Of a DNA stretch of 64,000 nucleotides, positions 1 to 22,400 are shown one piece after another. The position numbers and the translations under genes were made by a program. This DNA is from Paraspadella gotoi. Taxonomy: Eukaryota; Animalia; Chaetognatha. Each line of letters begins with the position of its first letter. The stretch's first letter is position 1. Under the pieces are notes generated by a model. It was not told where the DNA came from, did not search any database, and saw nothing but the letters and a program-made list of their open reading frames with translations. The stretch covers positions 2,925,631-2,989,630 of the forward strand of contig CM119267.1 in assembly GCA_051294375.1 (NCBI GenBank), written 5' to 3'.

Positions 1-404
1 GTCGCATTTACTAAAATCTTTTTACTTATTTTAACCAATAAGTACTCTAATTAATCATAATTGGATGGATAGATTGAGTTCAAATTTTTTGTGTGGGTAG
101 AAAAATGTGTATCGATGCTTGATATAAAGTTTCGGTGGAAACGTACGAGTGGAAATGAGTTTAAATGAAAAAATATGAGTCACATTTACTTGAATCTTTT
201 TACTTATTTTAACCCATAATAGATTGAGATGAAATTTTGTGAACGCGGTAGGAAAGTGTGTGAAAAAGCTAGATATAAAGTTTTGACGGAATTGTGCCAG
301 TGGAAATGAGTTTAAATGGAAAAAAAAAAGTCACATTTACTTGAAGCAGAAAAATGATACAAGTTAAAAAAATCCTAAAAGCATAAGGATCGTCGCAATT
401 GCAA

Positions 405-447
<43 letters not shown>

Positions 448-521
448 AGAGAGAGAGAGAGGAGAGAGAGAGAGAGCAGTAAAATGAGCATAAGGATCGT
501 CGCAATTTCAAAGAGAGAGAG

Positions 522-587
<66 letters not shown>

Positions 588-1104
588 AAGAGAGAGATCC
601 AGTATAAAAATTAGCGAATAAAAAAGTTTTATTTTACTCACTGAATAAAAATACTTAAAATACTTACAAAATACATAAAATTGATAAATTATTATTCCGA
701 TAACATTGTTTAATCACATGCAATATATCTAGTAAGGCCTAATATCTAGTAAGGGCGGCCAAAATTGAACACTTTTTTATAACTTCTAGTTCTCTTTAAT
801 TTTTTTTTTCCTTTTACTACTAAATCGATTTTCAATATAACTTTTTGAATTAGTTCATTGGGTTGTTGCACTGAAGCTTTTAAATATTTATTAATATATA
901 ATAATATATAAGTATTGACGGAATTGTGCCAGGGGAAATGAGTTTTAGATGGAAAAAACATAAGTCACATTTACTTGAATCTTTAATATTAATGATTACT
1001 AATAAATGTTTTAATTAATTAATGAATTAATTAATTAATTAATTGTGAAAAATGATGCAAGTTAAAAAAAATCTGAAAAGCATAAAGATTCGTCGCAATT
1101 GCAG

Positions 1105-1105
<1 letters not shown>
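1..1105. repeat. Degenerate local repeats interleaved with (GA)n microsatellites (Phox2 intron)
   Basis: Block GGAAATGAGTTTAAATG...GTCACATTTACTTGAA recurs near 150-200, 300-345 and 933-982. Block AAAAATGAT(A/G)CAAGTTAAAAAAA...GCATAA(G/A)GATCGTCGCAATT recurs near 350-400, 489-508 (partial) and 1048-1100. Confidence 0.7.
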
Positions 1106-1162
<57 letters not shown>

Positions 1163-1565
1163 GGAGTGAGAGAGAGAGAAGAAGGAGACATAAAATAAAA
1201 TAGAGGATATTTGTTTGTTTTGATAAAATGTAAACAAAACATATTTAATAACTGTCCTAACCCAATTTTAAGGACATCGATGATGATAATTGAATATAAA
1301 TTTAAAATTAATTATTACATTTAAAATTAATTAATTAATTAATTAATTAATCGATTAATTAATTAATTAATTAATTATTAATTAATTAATTATCGTAGGC
1401 AGATCCGACATTGTTTGCTCAAACTTGTTTACCTTCCTCTTAAGATCCACGCAATATTACCTACTTTTTCTTAATTAATTCCTCGTCGCGCAGAATCTTA
1501 CTTTCTTAAAAACTTACTTTCATCCCGCCCTAATTTATCCTATCGAATCTCCTAATCTCAACTCA

Positions 1566-1722
1566 CTGATTCGTCGTGCTTCCTCTTCTCGTTGACGCCC
1601 GATCCGACGTGCGCGCGCAGCATGCGCATGCGCGTGGTGCATCGGAGTCAGGTGGGCGTGGCCCATCGCCGCCGCCGCAGCAGCATGCGACCCCGCCGCG
1701 TCGTACATCTTGTATGGCAGGC
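1566..1722 (-). other. Redundant, indel-damaged copy of Phox2 coding exon 5
   Basis: Same sequence as 5456-5612 but with single-base deletions in the KQRRIR codons and at the donor site. Confidence 0.75.
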
Positions 1723-2007
1723 CTGTAACGAAATGGTTATAGGGTATGTTAAGTCAATTTTTCATACACTTCTAATAATAATAAATTCTGAATAGCGGCG
1801 AATAGTTTGATCAGAAAAGGTTTCAATCCCTCAGAGATGGTTTCGTGCCACACAGATCGAGAGAATTCCGGTTCCACCGAGAGAACCACAACAAGCAACC
1901 GAAGCAAATCGTTAAAGGGAAATGTAAAGGATCGAGAACAATAAAGATGAAAAAAAAAAACCTTTCGCTCGGACGCGTAAATTGAATTACGTCGTCATTC
2001 CAGGTGG

Positions 2008-2078
<71 letters not shown>

Positions 2079-3300
2079 TTAAAAGTTCCAGCTCTGTCTT
2101 CCACAATAAAACGAAAACCAAAACTTCATGAGATCATAGAACATTACATTACATTGCTCATTTTGTCATCATTTAAAAATATAAAAAATACTATATCTTT
2201 TATCAGATAGAGTAGCAGCACAAGAACACAACTAATTGGTTTACTGTCCCTTCCTTTTTGAAACTAACAAAAACAAAAACCATATCGTGATACCCGCTCG
2301 CCCCGATGTTGAGGCTTGAATATCCTCTTTATTGTATTTGACGTCACGGCCACCTGGTGGCAAAAACGCGGAAGTAACGCGACCTCGCTGGTCGGGGCGG
2401 GAAAACGGGGGGAAAATGCGGAAAAACATAAGGCTAACGGACGGCGAATTGAGGGATAAAAATATGGAAAGAGAGAAAGAAAGGCCGATGTTTTGACTAG
2501 AATTTTGGAGCCCGATTCCATCGGATTAACCGACCGCCATGAATGAAATATGAAGATGGCAAAAAATAATAGCGGAATCTTCCAATTTTTTTTAAGAATT
2601 GATGGCAAAGCTAAAGAATGGTATAACTTGTATACCGTATAAGAATAGTAAGAATAAAGGAATAATCAACGTTAACTATTTTTGTTCAACAGAATTTTAA
2701 TAATTCAACTCTTTAAAATGTTTATCTCTTCGCTCGGATGCTCATTTGTTTCTCCTCGATCGACGCTTTTGCTTTCATTAGATCATCGCCGCTTTCGCTC
2801 TCAATAGGATTTCGTGCTGCGGTTTATTTTACGGCGGCGACCGGCGGCGGCGGCGGCGGCAGTGGCGGTTCGAAGCCGCGGGCGGCGAGCTTCGCTGTTA
2901 TTCACCGCCGAGAATGTTTTCATTCCATTTTGGCGATCGGGGGTGAAGAGAATGAAGAGTCACCAAAGAGAAAAAGAAGAAAAAAAAAAACAACAAAAGA
3001 CTCTCGATCTTCGATCTCGAGTTCAAACTGGAAATTTTTTTCATATCGAAAGGAAAGAATCTCAAGGGTCAGTTTTTCATCTCACCCACTTACGTTCGGC
3101 TCAATGTTACGCAATTTCGAGATGGAATTTCGCGATGTTTTTGACCACCTTAGGGAGTTTTTAGCCAAAAGAAATTGAAAATAGACCCTGTGGCAATTCA
3201 TTATTAATCGATACAATGCAAGAAAGAGGAACTTCATGGGTTTCTCTCTTAAAAAGAATTTTGAAACAATCTCTCTTTCTCTTTCTTTCTTTCTTTCTTT

Positions 3301-3333
<33 letters not shown>

Positions 3334-3342
3334 TTTCTTCTT

Positions 3343-3397
<55 letters not shown>

Positions 3398-3661
3398 TAG
3401 AACTCGCGCAATGTCGGAATAAACTCGGATTTAGAAATCGATATCTTTAATGTTGACCCAACGGATGAATTAATTCCGAACAAAAGACGAGACGGAAACC
3501 AATCATGTAATGGTATGAGGGTCATGGGGCGTGGAGTGGGGGGAGGCAGGGGCTCATGGGTGTCAGCGAGTCGAACCAAGTCAAGGAGTCTATGGGTTAA
3601 GCGAGTGAGGAAGGGAAAACATAGAAGCAGAAAGTGGAAAGGAGAGAAAGAGTAAACAGTT

Positions 3662-3740
<79 letters not shown>

Positions 3741-5455
3741 GAGCTTTTCATCCCTTCCTCCCCACGTCTTTTCCGATCGACAAAAAAAATTGAGGACGAG
3801 AAAAGAAAAACAAGAGTGAAATAATAGAGAAGGAGAAAGACGACAGAAATAAAGATTAAAGGCTGAAGGAAAATATTAAAGGGAAGTAAAAATGAAAAAA
3901 TAGAGAAGGAAAAGTGGAAAAAAGAGGAGAAAAGAAGAGAGAGAGCAGAAATAGAGCAAAATATTTAAGGAAAAAGAGGGTTTAAGATAAAAATGAAGAG
4001 AGGCAGAACTTGAAAGTAAAAAAGAATAAGGATGTGTTAAAGACAAAAGATGTTATTACAGGAAAATAGTAAAACAAACGAAGAAAGAAGGCAATTAACG
4101 TAATACTGAATCAGTACCTACTCAAGTTAATAAAAACATCGGTAACATAATAACAAAGTAAATCTCTGAATGAAATACATAGGAATAACTGAAGAAAGAA
4201 AGAAAAAAAAAACATAAACAAAAAACTGTTCATAACCAACGTCACGCTCTCAACGGCGGCAACTTGTGACAATCATCTAAATGTCGGGATCAAGCTGCGG
4301 CGGAGGAGGAAGAGGAGGACAACCCCCCCGACTCTCTAAACTAAGCGATTGCTCATCGGAAACCGAGAGACTCGAGACCGCGAGTTTGCGAAAAGGGACA
4401 TTCGATTCTTGTTCGTTGATGGTTTCCGACCGCGTCCATCCCCCCCCGCCGCCGCCGCCCGCGGGTGACCCTCCCCTCTCACGAAGCCCGAGATTCGAAA
4501 ACCGCGCGCCATAAACTCCATGAAAGTTAATTTGATTTCGCTGATGAGTTGCGCCTACGGGTCGCGAAAAAGAAGGGGGGGAAGGGGGGGAGAAGAGTAC
4601 GTGGGGGAGGAGAGAGGAATAGGGGTGAGGCAAGGGGTGTGGGGAGACGACGTCGAAAAAAAAAGAGAAATTGGTGTAGCTAATCAATAATCGTTATTAA
4701 TCCCACCTACGGAAAAATTCATAAGGAAATTGTTTTGGACCAATCGAGAGAAACGCATTGAATTCAAGCGGAGACCATATTTTCAATCATACTAAATCTT
4801 TGGTTTAAGTTTTTAATTATTTTTTAGGTGAATGTAATTTAAGGAAAGAGGTTCCTTCTCGATCTCTATCATTTTGCTGAGAGGATCTGATGAAAAAAGC
4901 AGTTTTTATCTCGGTTTTTGTTTTTGACTCGAAGGCAAAAAAAAAAAAAGGACAACAATCATCAAATGGTTGCAATCGACCAACGACCATCTGGGTCGAT
5001 GAGCGGCAATCTCACCGACTTCAGGCTTTTTCCACGATCAAAATCTTTTTTACGAAAAACTTAAACTGGAGAAATTTTCTATCTTTTTGNNNNNNNNNNN
5101 NNNNNNNNNNNNNNCAGAGAGAGATAAACATATTTAATAACTGTCCTAACCCAATTTTAAGGACATCGATGATGATAAGTTGAATATAAATTTAAAATTA
5201 ATTATTACATATTAAAATTAATTAATTAATTAATTAATTATCGATTAATTAATTATTAATTAATTAATTAATTAATTATCGTAGGCAGATCCGACATTGT
5301 TTGCTCAAACTTGTTTACTCTCCTCTTAAGATCCAACGCAATATTACCTACTTTTTCTTACATTAATTCCTCGTCGCGCACGAATCTTACTTTCTTAAAA
5401 ACTTACTTTCATCCCGCCCTAATTTATCCTATCGAATCTCCTAATCTCAACTCAC

Positions 5456-13769
<8,314 letters not shown>

Positions 13770-14456
13770 CCTCGATGTCGCGCGATGGCGTGAGTGTCGG
13801 TCGAATGGACGGTCGAACGAACGACTAAGAAATTGAAGGATTTTCATAGGACGACTTTAATTTGATGAATTAAAATTTTGTTTTTAAAAATTTGTAAAGG
13901 TTAATTTCTTAAAAAGAGTAAGATATTTTAAAAAATACCAATTGCGAGAAAATAAAAAAAATAAAAAAATTTTAAAGACGATTGTACGTTAGCGCCGAAG
14001 AAGGAAAGCGACGCTAATGACGTTACAAACGGGAAAAAAAAATCCGCCCTTCCCTCTCCCGGTTATAATTACATTTGGGGTTTTTTTTTTTAGTTGTTAT
14101 TGTTGTTACACGTCATTTAAAATAAAATCTCCCATAGAAACAATATATTCTTTACGAAATTCGAGTCGTTTCGCTAAACGCCCAGTAATCAGTTTTTTTT
14201 CTTTCCTCATTCGATTTTTCTCTCCGGTTGTTTGCGTAAGTATCCGAGAAATAATGGTAATGAAAAAATCGAATTACTAATTGAATATAAAAAAAAAAGG
14301 AGAGCGAAGAGGAAATAATTAAATATTCCATACTTACTCTCTCGTCAGCGCCTTCGGGCGTCGGTGGACCGAGAGGAAAGTTTTTTTTTTTTTTTTTTTT
14401 TTTTAGGGGTTGAGGATTTCGTTGACGAGGAGGGGGGTGGAAGTACTAGACGAGAG

Positions 14457-14515
<59 letters not shown>

Positions 14516-16085
14516 AGACAGACAGGGGTAGAAAGAGAGAGGAAAAAAGCGAAAGACGATGATGACGAACTTGACGAAATGAAAAAATTGAATTTCGAGT
14601 CTTCGTCGTCGTCGATGGCGGCGGAGACGGGGTTTTTTTTTTTTTTCTCCGGGAGAGAGATAGAGAGAGAGAGAGAGTCGGCGCTCCGGAGGGCGTCGGG
14701 TGTGTGAGAGCGAAAAGGGGGGGGTTGGGTGTCTGTAGAAAAGAACGACGCCGGGGAAAAAAAAAGAAGAAGAGAGAGAGAGAAAAAAAAAAACCGGCGC
14801 GGCGACGCCGGGAGAGCGAGAGCGAGAGAGAGGGAGAAACGAAATCGGTAAAAATTGGATAAAGCGGTGGCGCTAAAGACGTTAGGCTAGGAGCAAATGC
14901 GTCTAATCTGCAGGCTAAACGCGAGGAAATACGATTATACGGAGGAGGAAGAGGAAGAGGAGCGGGAAGAGGAAGCGACGTGGGATGGCACGAAGGAAAA
15001 AAAAAGGGGGAAACCGCGGCGTCGGCGGCGGCGGCGAGAAAAGGGAACCGTCCCCATTCCGACGACGACGACGACGATGGAAACGACGACGGAACAAACG
15101 GTTCCATTTGCTGCTCCAATGCCATTGCAGTATGACTCGCGGGGAGAGGATTCGATGCCGAGAGAGTTTTCCTCGATTGTGTTCGTTGTGACTAAAAATT
15201 AATAATACAAATTTAAACTTAAGTGTTTAAATGAAATGAATTTATTTCGTTATACGTCCAAATTTTTAACCATTGTATCTAAGGCCTGGGTTAAGTCAAC
15301 TCATTGTTTTAAATGTAGCAACATACCAGAGAGAGAATTGTTACTGTTACATACGAATTTAATTTTTATATTTTAAATCAATTAATCATCGTGAATTATT
15401 TAGTTTTAGTTTTTTTTATAAGATTTTATGAAAATGATAATTCTAATTCTGCTGTTAGGAATCAATACTACCAATAAAAACTATAAATAATTAAATTTTA
15501 GAGACCCTCAAAATATTCGTTATAAAAATGCAACTAAGATATAGATAGATAGAAGCCTTTTTTAACAAAATTTAACCAAAAACAAAAATATTATTAAAGC
15601 GTAGTTTGATACAAAAAAAAAAAAAATTCAACCCGTTTAGAGAACTGGGTAGTAGTAGTAGTTGGCGAAATTAAATTTAATAATGAAAAAAATTTTTGAC
15701 TCTTCAAGCCCAGATGTATATGAAATTAAATATTTTTTTTTATTTAAAGAACAACATTGGCTCGGCAGAAACGGCCGCGAATCGCTTTCCGAGTTCCGTC
15801 CTCCGACTATGTCACCCTCGAGCGTGGCACGCGTGAAGCGACCGTCTCCCACGCTGTAAAATCGACGGATTAAATATCGACGGAGCGGAAAATTTATGAC
15901 GGGAAAAGAGGGGGGGCGTGGAGGGGGGAGGGGGAAATACAGCGGGACGAAGGACGTCGTCGCGGCAGCGGGGTTCGCCATCCGTCGCGTTCAAGATCTT
16001 CCAAGTCTCGTCCGACGAGAGACGGAAAGATAATTGTGGCTTCATTCCGTGGATCGTGTGATCGCCGGATCCGAGTCACCATGGC

Positions 16086-16179
<94 letters not shown>

Positions 16180-16539
16180 TCCCGGGCGCATAAGGCCTCG
16201 AGGTCGTTCGCCTTATGTTTCACGACGAACGCGGACGAAGCAAAATCAGGTTTGACCGATGGCCAATGCAATGGCCAATGGCAATGCAAATACAATGGCC
16301 AATGGCCATTGGTGGCGGAATAGGACGAAAAATTTTCATTTACGTCAGGCAAAGGAACTATGCATAATCGCATAATAATAGTAGTATTAAAAGTTCTTCT
16401 CGATATCTGCGGCTACGTATAGTAAAAAACCTATTTTTAAAAGAGAACTAAAAACTTGGATGAAATTTGTATATATATTTCATAATCGTGAAAACTCAAT
16501 CAACCCAAAACTAATACTATAGTAATAATAATTGTTATA

Positions 16540-18715
16540 CTACTTCTCTTCAACTTCCAATTGGTTTCTTTTCGAATTCGGCTTATCGAGAGGTTGATAT
16601 TCGTCAATACAGGAGCAAGGACACCTGACCGATTTCGGTTTATTATTATTATTATTATTTTACAATTATTTGAACCGAGATAGTGAATGCCGCCTCATAT
16701 ACCTTTCAAAGAGCCAGGCTGGATTCTCTCCCTTCGGATCGCCGAACACGTAAGAATTGTCAATCGCCGTTTGAAGGTAGCGAATGAAAATCATCAACAC
16801 AAATTCTGGTATCAAGACGTAAAGAATGCCAATTTCAATCAATACAAAACTGGCAAGTCCGCTTCAACCTGCAATGAGCATCGCCCATTGAATCTTGGCC
16901 AAAACGTCAAGGAGAATTTCGAATTCGTTCATCAGAAATTCATTGCAGCCATCAACGTAAATTAAGTCACGAGCTTCGTTTTCGCTCTGACAAATCACGA
17001 AGTCAAATTTATTCAATTTAGTCATATTTTTCTTTCGAGACGGTCAAGGAACATTAAAATAATTTAAGAGATAATATTAATAAAATAATATTAATAAGAT
17101 ATCATTATTATACTGAAACTCACAGCCTAAAATGCACGAGAACACGAAAAAATGTTCCCTCTACGTCATTCACTTTGTTTTTAAAATGGTAATGATCACA
17201 GGGTCCGGCGGAATCGACCCGGCAGCACGAGAATGGGACGCCGTGGAGCAAAGCTTCGCCGTTGACTAACCGCGTCGCCGTCACTTGATGAGCGTTCTTT
17301 TGTTTCTAAGAAAGTTTAAGTCTCAGACGTAAAATAATTTCGAGAATATTTGTTTGCTATATATATTTGCTCTAAATATAAATTATAATAAGAACAAGAT
17401 TCCACCGACCTTGTTAGCGAAGAGATGTAATTGTATCCATGGAACTAGAAAAAGATTTCATCATTCCATGTATTTTGATCGAGAACAGTTAGAAAGTTGG
17501 ATTAACCGTGAAACCAGTCGGTGTAATTGGCAGATCCGCAGCAACGAAAGTTAATTTGCAGAAGATCGATGGTTTGTTTCACTTTGGGAGTTTCTTTGTA
17601 AAACCCGATGGCCGACGTGAACCCTTGGTGAAAACCTGTGAGCAGCGGTGATAAGAATCTCACGCGAGCTTTTTAATGAAGGTTTAACCCAATACCCACT
17701 GGTGCGAAGAATTTGATCGTGAACTTCGCACATAATAGACGAGGACAACACGATCCATAGAAACAAAAATATGACGACTATGTGTATCTGTTCCTCAAAG
17801 AGCATAGTTGGTCAAACCGTGTGGTTCAATTATTAACCAGTGTCAAGGGTTAACCTTACTTTCAAAAGGTTCTCGAATCGATATCGCTTCTCGTATCTAG
17901 AACAATCGTAACAAATCTTCGCTCCAAAGCCGTTGATGATGACAGCAATCGAACCCACCGATATCAGCATGTTGGGTAAGGGGCCTTGCAAGACGTGAGT
18001 TTTAGCAGGTCGTAATTTGAGCGAGATTTTTATGAAAGAAAAATCTGAGAACCTTCGCCGTTTATTTTATCTGGTGATAAGGAACTGATTCGGTCTTTTC
18101 TTTAGAAAAAATAATTCTGGAGATAATTTTCATAGTGAGAGGCAGAAAAGATAATAAAATAAAAGAGTTGTGAATGGGAGAAGGTGTTCGAGGTCACCTT
18201 TGAAAACAGAAGAAACCTTTGGGTTTAAGGTCATTACAAGCTTTTAGAATTGAAAGGCTGAGAAGGTAGATGGCAAGAGAAAGGATTTTCATACAAATGG
18301 AAGACTAGAAGCCTTACCTAAAAATTGCGTAAAATTTGTATCCTATTTCGTAATGCAATTTAGAGAGAGAGAGAGAGTCTCTAACAAAATCATGTTACCT
18401 ACAGAATTCTTTTCTTTTCCTTTACTCATATTCATTGGGATGTAAAGACCAAATCAATTCCTTCTCAACAACTAAATCTCCCGACAAAATTTTTACAACG
18501 AAACAAACAATTCTATGTAATGTACATCATTTATTAATACCGGTCGCGTATCCCTTCAACAACCAGACGTAGGCTTCAATTTTCTTCATGAGAAACACGC
18601 CCCCTCCGCCGACGACGAGAGCGACGACGACGAGAGCGACTTCCGAAAACGCGACGAAGCGTCCGAACCGCGATCTCGGAGCAAAACACGAACCAAAGTA
18701 ATTTGATCTTTTCAT
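16540..18715 (-). CDS. PRPH2: Peripherin-2/ROM1 (RDS)-like tetraspanin, ~9 exons
   Basis: Exons ~18715-18542, 17984-17860, ~17787-17700, ~17635-17508, ~17444-17410, ~17306-17174, ~16987-16869, ~16805-16704, ~16624-16540. Translation gives LPNMLISVG..NGFGAKICYDC, KQTIDLLQINFRCCGSANYTDWFHVPWI, LLHGVPFSCCRVDSAGPC, YVDGC and IRYLQTAID..PAWLFER. These are colinear with PRPH2 [65 protein letters not shown], WVRGC and LRYLQTSLD..GWLLER. Confidence 0.88.
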
Positions 18716-19446
18716 ATATTTTGTCGTTTTGTGATAAAAATATTTTCATCGTACCTTTTCTTTTCATTAAAAGTGACCGGAAATACGGGCATGGTTTTAC
18801 TTTTAGTCACGTCGGAAGTAGTTCAATACCGTTCGTAAATGTTAGTAAATGACGAAACTACCGAACGCTTTTCCTACATGGTTTTAATCCTCAGTGAGGA
18901 CCTTAGAAGTTTAACAAAATTAGCGGGAAAAAAGACGGCGACTTCAGCGAAAACTGTAGCATCATACTACGGTAACTAATTAGCTTTTATTTCAAGTATT
19001 AAAACTGCATAACGTAAAATATTTTAGCTGTTACAAGTAACGTAGTCGTGATTAAAACAGTACTTAGAAATAAACAATCAGATCTTTTAATTTAAGTTTT
19101 ATGGCGCCAAATCAGTAATCAATACCAAGTAAAAAATACGAGTTCGATTTAAAAGTGAAACAACGATCTGTCTGTACACAGCGTAGTTCTTAAGTTGGCA
19201 TAAAATAACAGGCACTAATACTATATAGCCTTAAATGACTAAATAAACAATCGTGATTTCGACTCATTTAACATTTATTCTCATTTTCCATAGTCTAAAG
19301 AATAAAGATACATTATAGACTTTTAGTACAACGATGTTACTGCTTTGGAAGATTTCGAGCACCGAAAAAAAAAAACAACTGCTTAATGCTTATTTAGTTA
19401 TTAGTAAATAAGCAACGATTCTAGTTCATTCGTCGGCTGGAGTCAT

Positions 19447-22400
19447 TCAGTAAAGCTGCGGAAATATGGAAGTTGACCCGTCCCGCCATCTGGGGTCATC
19501 GGCGATGGTGGCGCGACACAAGGGACAAGTCCGCTCACGATCGAACCACATGGAGACACATTCATCGCAGAAAATGTGCTGGAAATAAATAGAAAAACAG
19601 TTTTAATGTGAAATAAAAATTAACTGTCAATTCTAAAGACTAATTGCACTAAAAACATGATACAAGTGAAGTTATTCAAAAATTAATATTTCGAAAACAA
19701 AAGGCAATGGCTGCAAAACAAAGACGTTTTTAATTTTAGAATAGTTTAAGAAAATATATCTAATATGATTAGCAAATATAACTATAGTTTAACTAATTTT
19801 TTGTGAATTTTTATATCTCCACTCACGTTGCAGTTGAGCTTAATGGGATCCGCGAAATCCTCTTGACAAATGGGACAAGAGGGGGCAGTCCCATCGCCGG
19901 CCAACCCTTGCCTTTCTAATTCTTTTTTCGACGGAATCGTGCCGTAGGACTGAAAAAAAAAACAACAAAAGATCAATATGAATATTATAAGGTCGAGAAA
20001 TGCTGACACTATACATAGACAAAAAAATATATTAATAATAGCTTCCTTAAAACGTCTCACTGTTTTACGTTAAGATCTCACTCAGGATTTTAGACAAATT
20101 TAAATTGAGTAACGCAACCAAAAAACCGGTTCCACTGGTTTTTCCTGCGGAGCTGAGGCTGCGCCGTCTGACTCGGCGGTATTGCCTCACCTGCTTTACC
20201 TCCTTTGAAGAATCCAGAAGCTGACTGGCTAACATTTTTTCATATAACAATAATTTGAAAAGTTATATTTCGTGTTTAACATTAATAAAAAAAACTTCAA
20301 TTGTACAATATTTATATTTAAATTAATTTCTATTCATATGCAGCTTGAAGATCTTTTTGTTTCCGAACTTACCTTTCCCCGCCCCGCTGCAGCTGCTGAA
20401 CTACCTGTTTCTGACACATCTTTGTAACCGCCATGTTCATTTAATAAAACAAAACAAATATTTCTCATTTTATAGACAAAAATGACTTTCAAAAATGACC
20501 TGTACAGTATTTTTCTACTCACCGCGTCATTTTTTTCTTGGGCAAATTCCCAAAATCAAGATATATGCAAATTTACGGTAAAAAGTTGAAAATGGATAAA
20601 TGTAATAGGTACTAAGGTTTTAAATATTTTTTGTTCTTTATTTAAGGTGCCCTTGAATAATGCATGCGAAATACCCAGCGAAATGTTAGGGCTTTACTTT
20701 TCCCTTGAAAATGGCCAGCATGCTACCACTACCATAGTAGGTGGCACAAATCCAAGGTAAATTAAATTGCGAAGTCGACTAGGTTGTATTTAAATTGTAA
20801 CCGTAATATTTGGAATAATTATTTTAAAACAGCATGAACATAGACTTCAACGACCCAGCATTGCTAGATGAGGAAAGAATATGCCAGAGAATGCAACTTC
20901 CAGTGGACAGAAGACGGGCACAGGATAATTGCAAAATATTTTTTCTCTTATATAAGACGTAAGTATTTTATAATCGAAATAAGTTGTTAGAACAGAGACA
21001 AACTAATCAATTCTTATGCAGAGGGGGCAATTGTTACACCGTTCGAGAAATGCAGTACCGAACGGGCAACGTGCTTCAGTATCGCGACAGCGCCTGCGAA
21101 TCGCAAAACCCCGGAGAAAATCAAATGGCGATTCTCGATAGACTGAAGAGGGAACAAAAAACGGCCGAATACGAGACCCTGTTTAGGGAAGACCCTCGCC
21201 CAGTCAACTGTAGGAACACCTTCGACGGAAGTTTCCAGTTCACTTATCAAGTAAAGATTTCTCAGAAATGGCTTTATCCATTTCCCAGTAGAGCGGGCGA
21301 CAGTAATGAAACGAAATCAACCACCAGGTGGACAGGGGAAGCGGAGGAATTTGTCGAGCGCCAGGATCTGAGATTTCCTCGTGTCAAGAACCCGGAACAC
21401 CTTGGGCCAGAATCAATCAAAGATTTTACATGCTCTTCAAGATGGGAACATGTGGGATGGAAGAACTCGCCAACGAAAACATAGGCAAGTAGCGTTTGAC
21501 CAATGTAACAGGAAAAGAACGGCAAAGTAAAATAAAATAAAAATATTTAAACTCAGGTCTGATCTTTGATTCTAAAATGTACTACTCATGCTTGGGGAGT
21601 TGGCTCGACGAAAACGAAAACAATGTCGCCGCGATATCGAATGATAACGAAGATAGAAAATACGCCAAATACAGATGCATTCTGACCAGAAGGGATGAGC
21701 CTTACCGATTGGTCTATTCACGAACGGCCGAGTGCAAGTATCTGAAGGTAAATATTCGGGTTAAATACATACATACAAAACTACGATTCGTTATTAAAAT
21801 TATTAGAAAAATTTTTAGGGCCCCTATGACGGACCAATCAAACTAGTTATGCTGCCCAACGAAGTCGCTTACGTGGAGCCCAAATGCAATTTTCCAAAGA
21901 ATGTTTCAGGAAATAATTTTGTCAACACCGAACGTTTTGACAGGTTAAAGGATTGAATAACTTTTCATAAGACAGACACTAGTATTCAATTTGACCTCAT
22001 TCGATTCCAGCTACGTCAACGTAAACGACACACACATGCATTTCAAATCTCGGACCATGTACGAAGGACCTATGTTTGAATATTACTATGTCTGTCGCCA
22101 GCAGCGTGACACCCGCTATCTCGTAACTTACCAGAAAAAGGGCGGCTGCCAACAATACTACGTCTGCTTAGATTTGCAACCGCGGTAAGAGGGGAAAAAA
22201 CGGGCGGATTGATAAGAAAGACGAAGTGTTTCTCACTTCCTAACTTTAACTTTAGCCCCAAAACAAATCCTATTTTGATTTCTTATCAAATCAAATGATC
22301 CTCTATTTTCAGAAATCACCAATATTCCTCACCCCAACTTAAAATATAATATACTTCACTATTTATAAAATCTAAAATCAATCCAATTTAAATTTAGTAC

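Noticed and set aside
4490-4575. Hammerhead ribozyme (CTGATGA...CGAAA with a C-TACG-G hairpin; also near 8529)
   Set aside because: Stem II is offset by 3 nt from the core and no stem III partner can be formed.
14403-15125. 240-aa ORF and many other SLSL/ERER ORFs in 269-16373
   Set aside because: Products of GA/CT microsatellites and low-complexity GC tracts; this region is more likely Phox2 promoter and 5' UTR (donor-like site near 14337).
17195-17285. tRNA-like or HDV-like GC-rich island
   Set aside because: Explained as a coding exon of the peripherin-like gene (HGVPFSCCRVDSAGPC).
20185-20410. Small alternative RNFT exons on the minus strand
   Set aside because: Donor and acceptor look-alikes are present, but there is no homology support and they overlap the nested gene's likely promoter.
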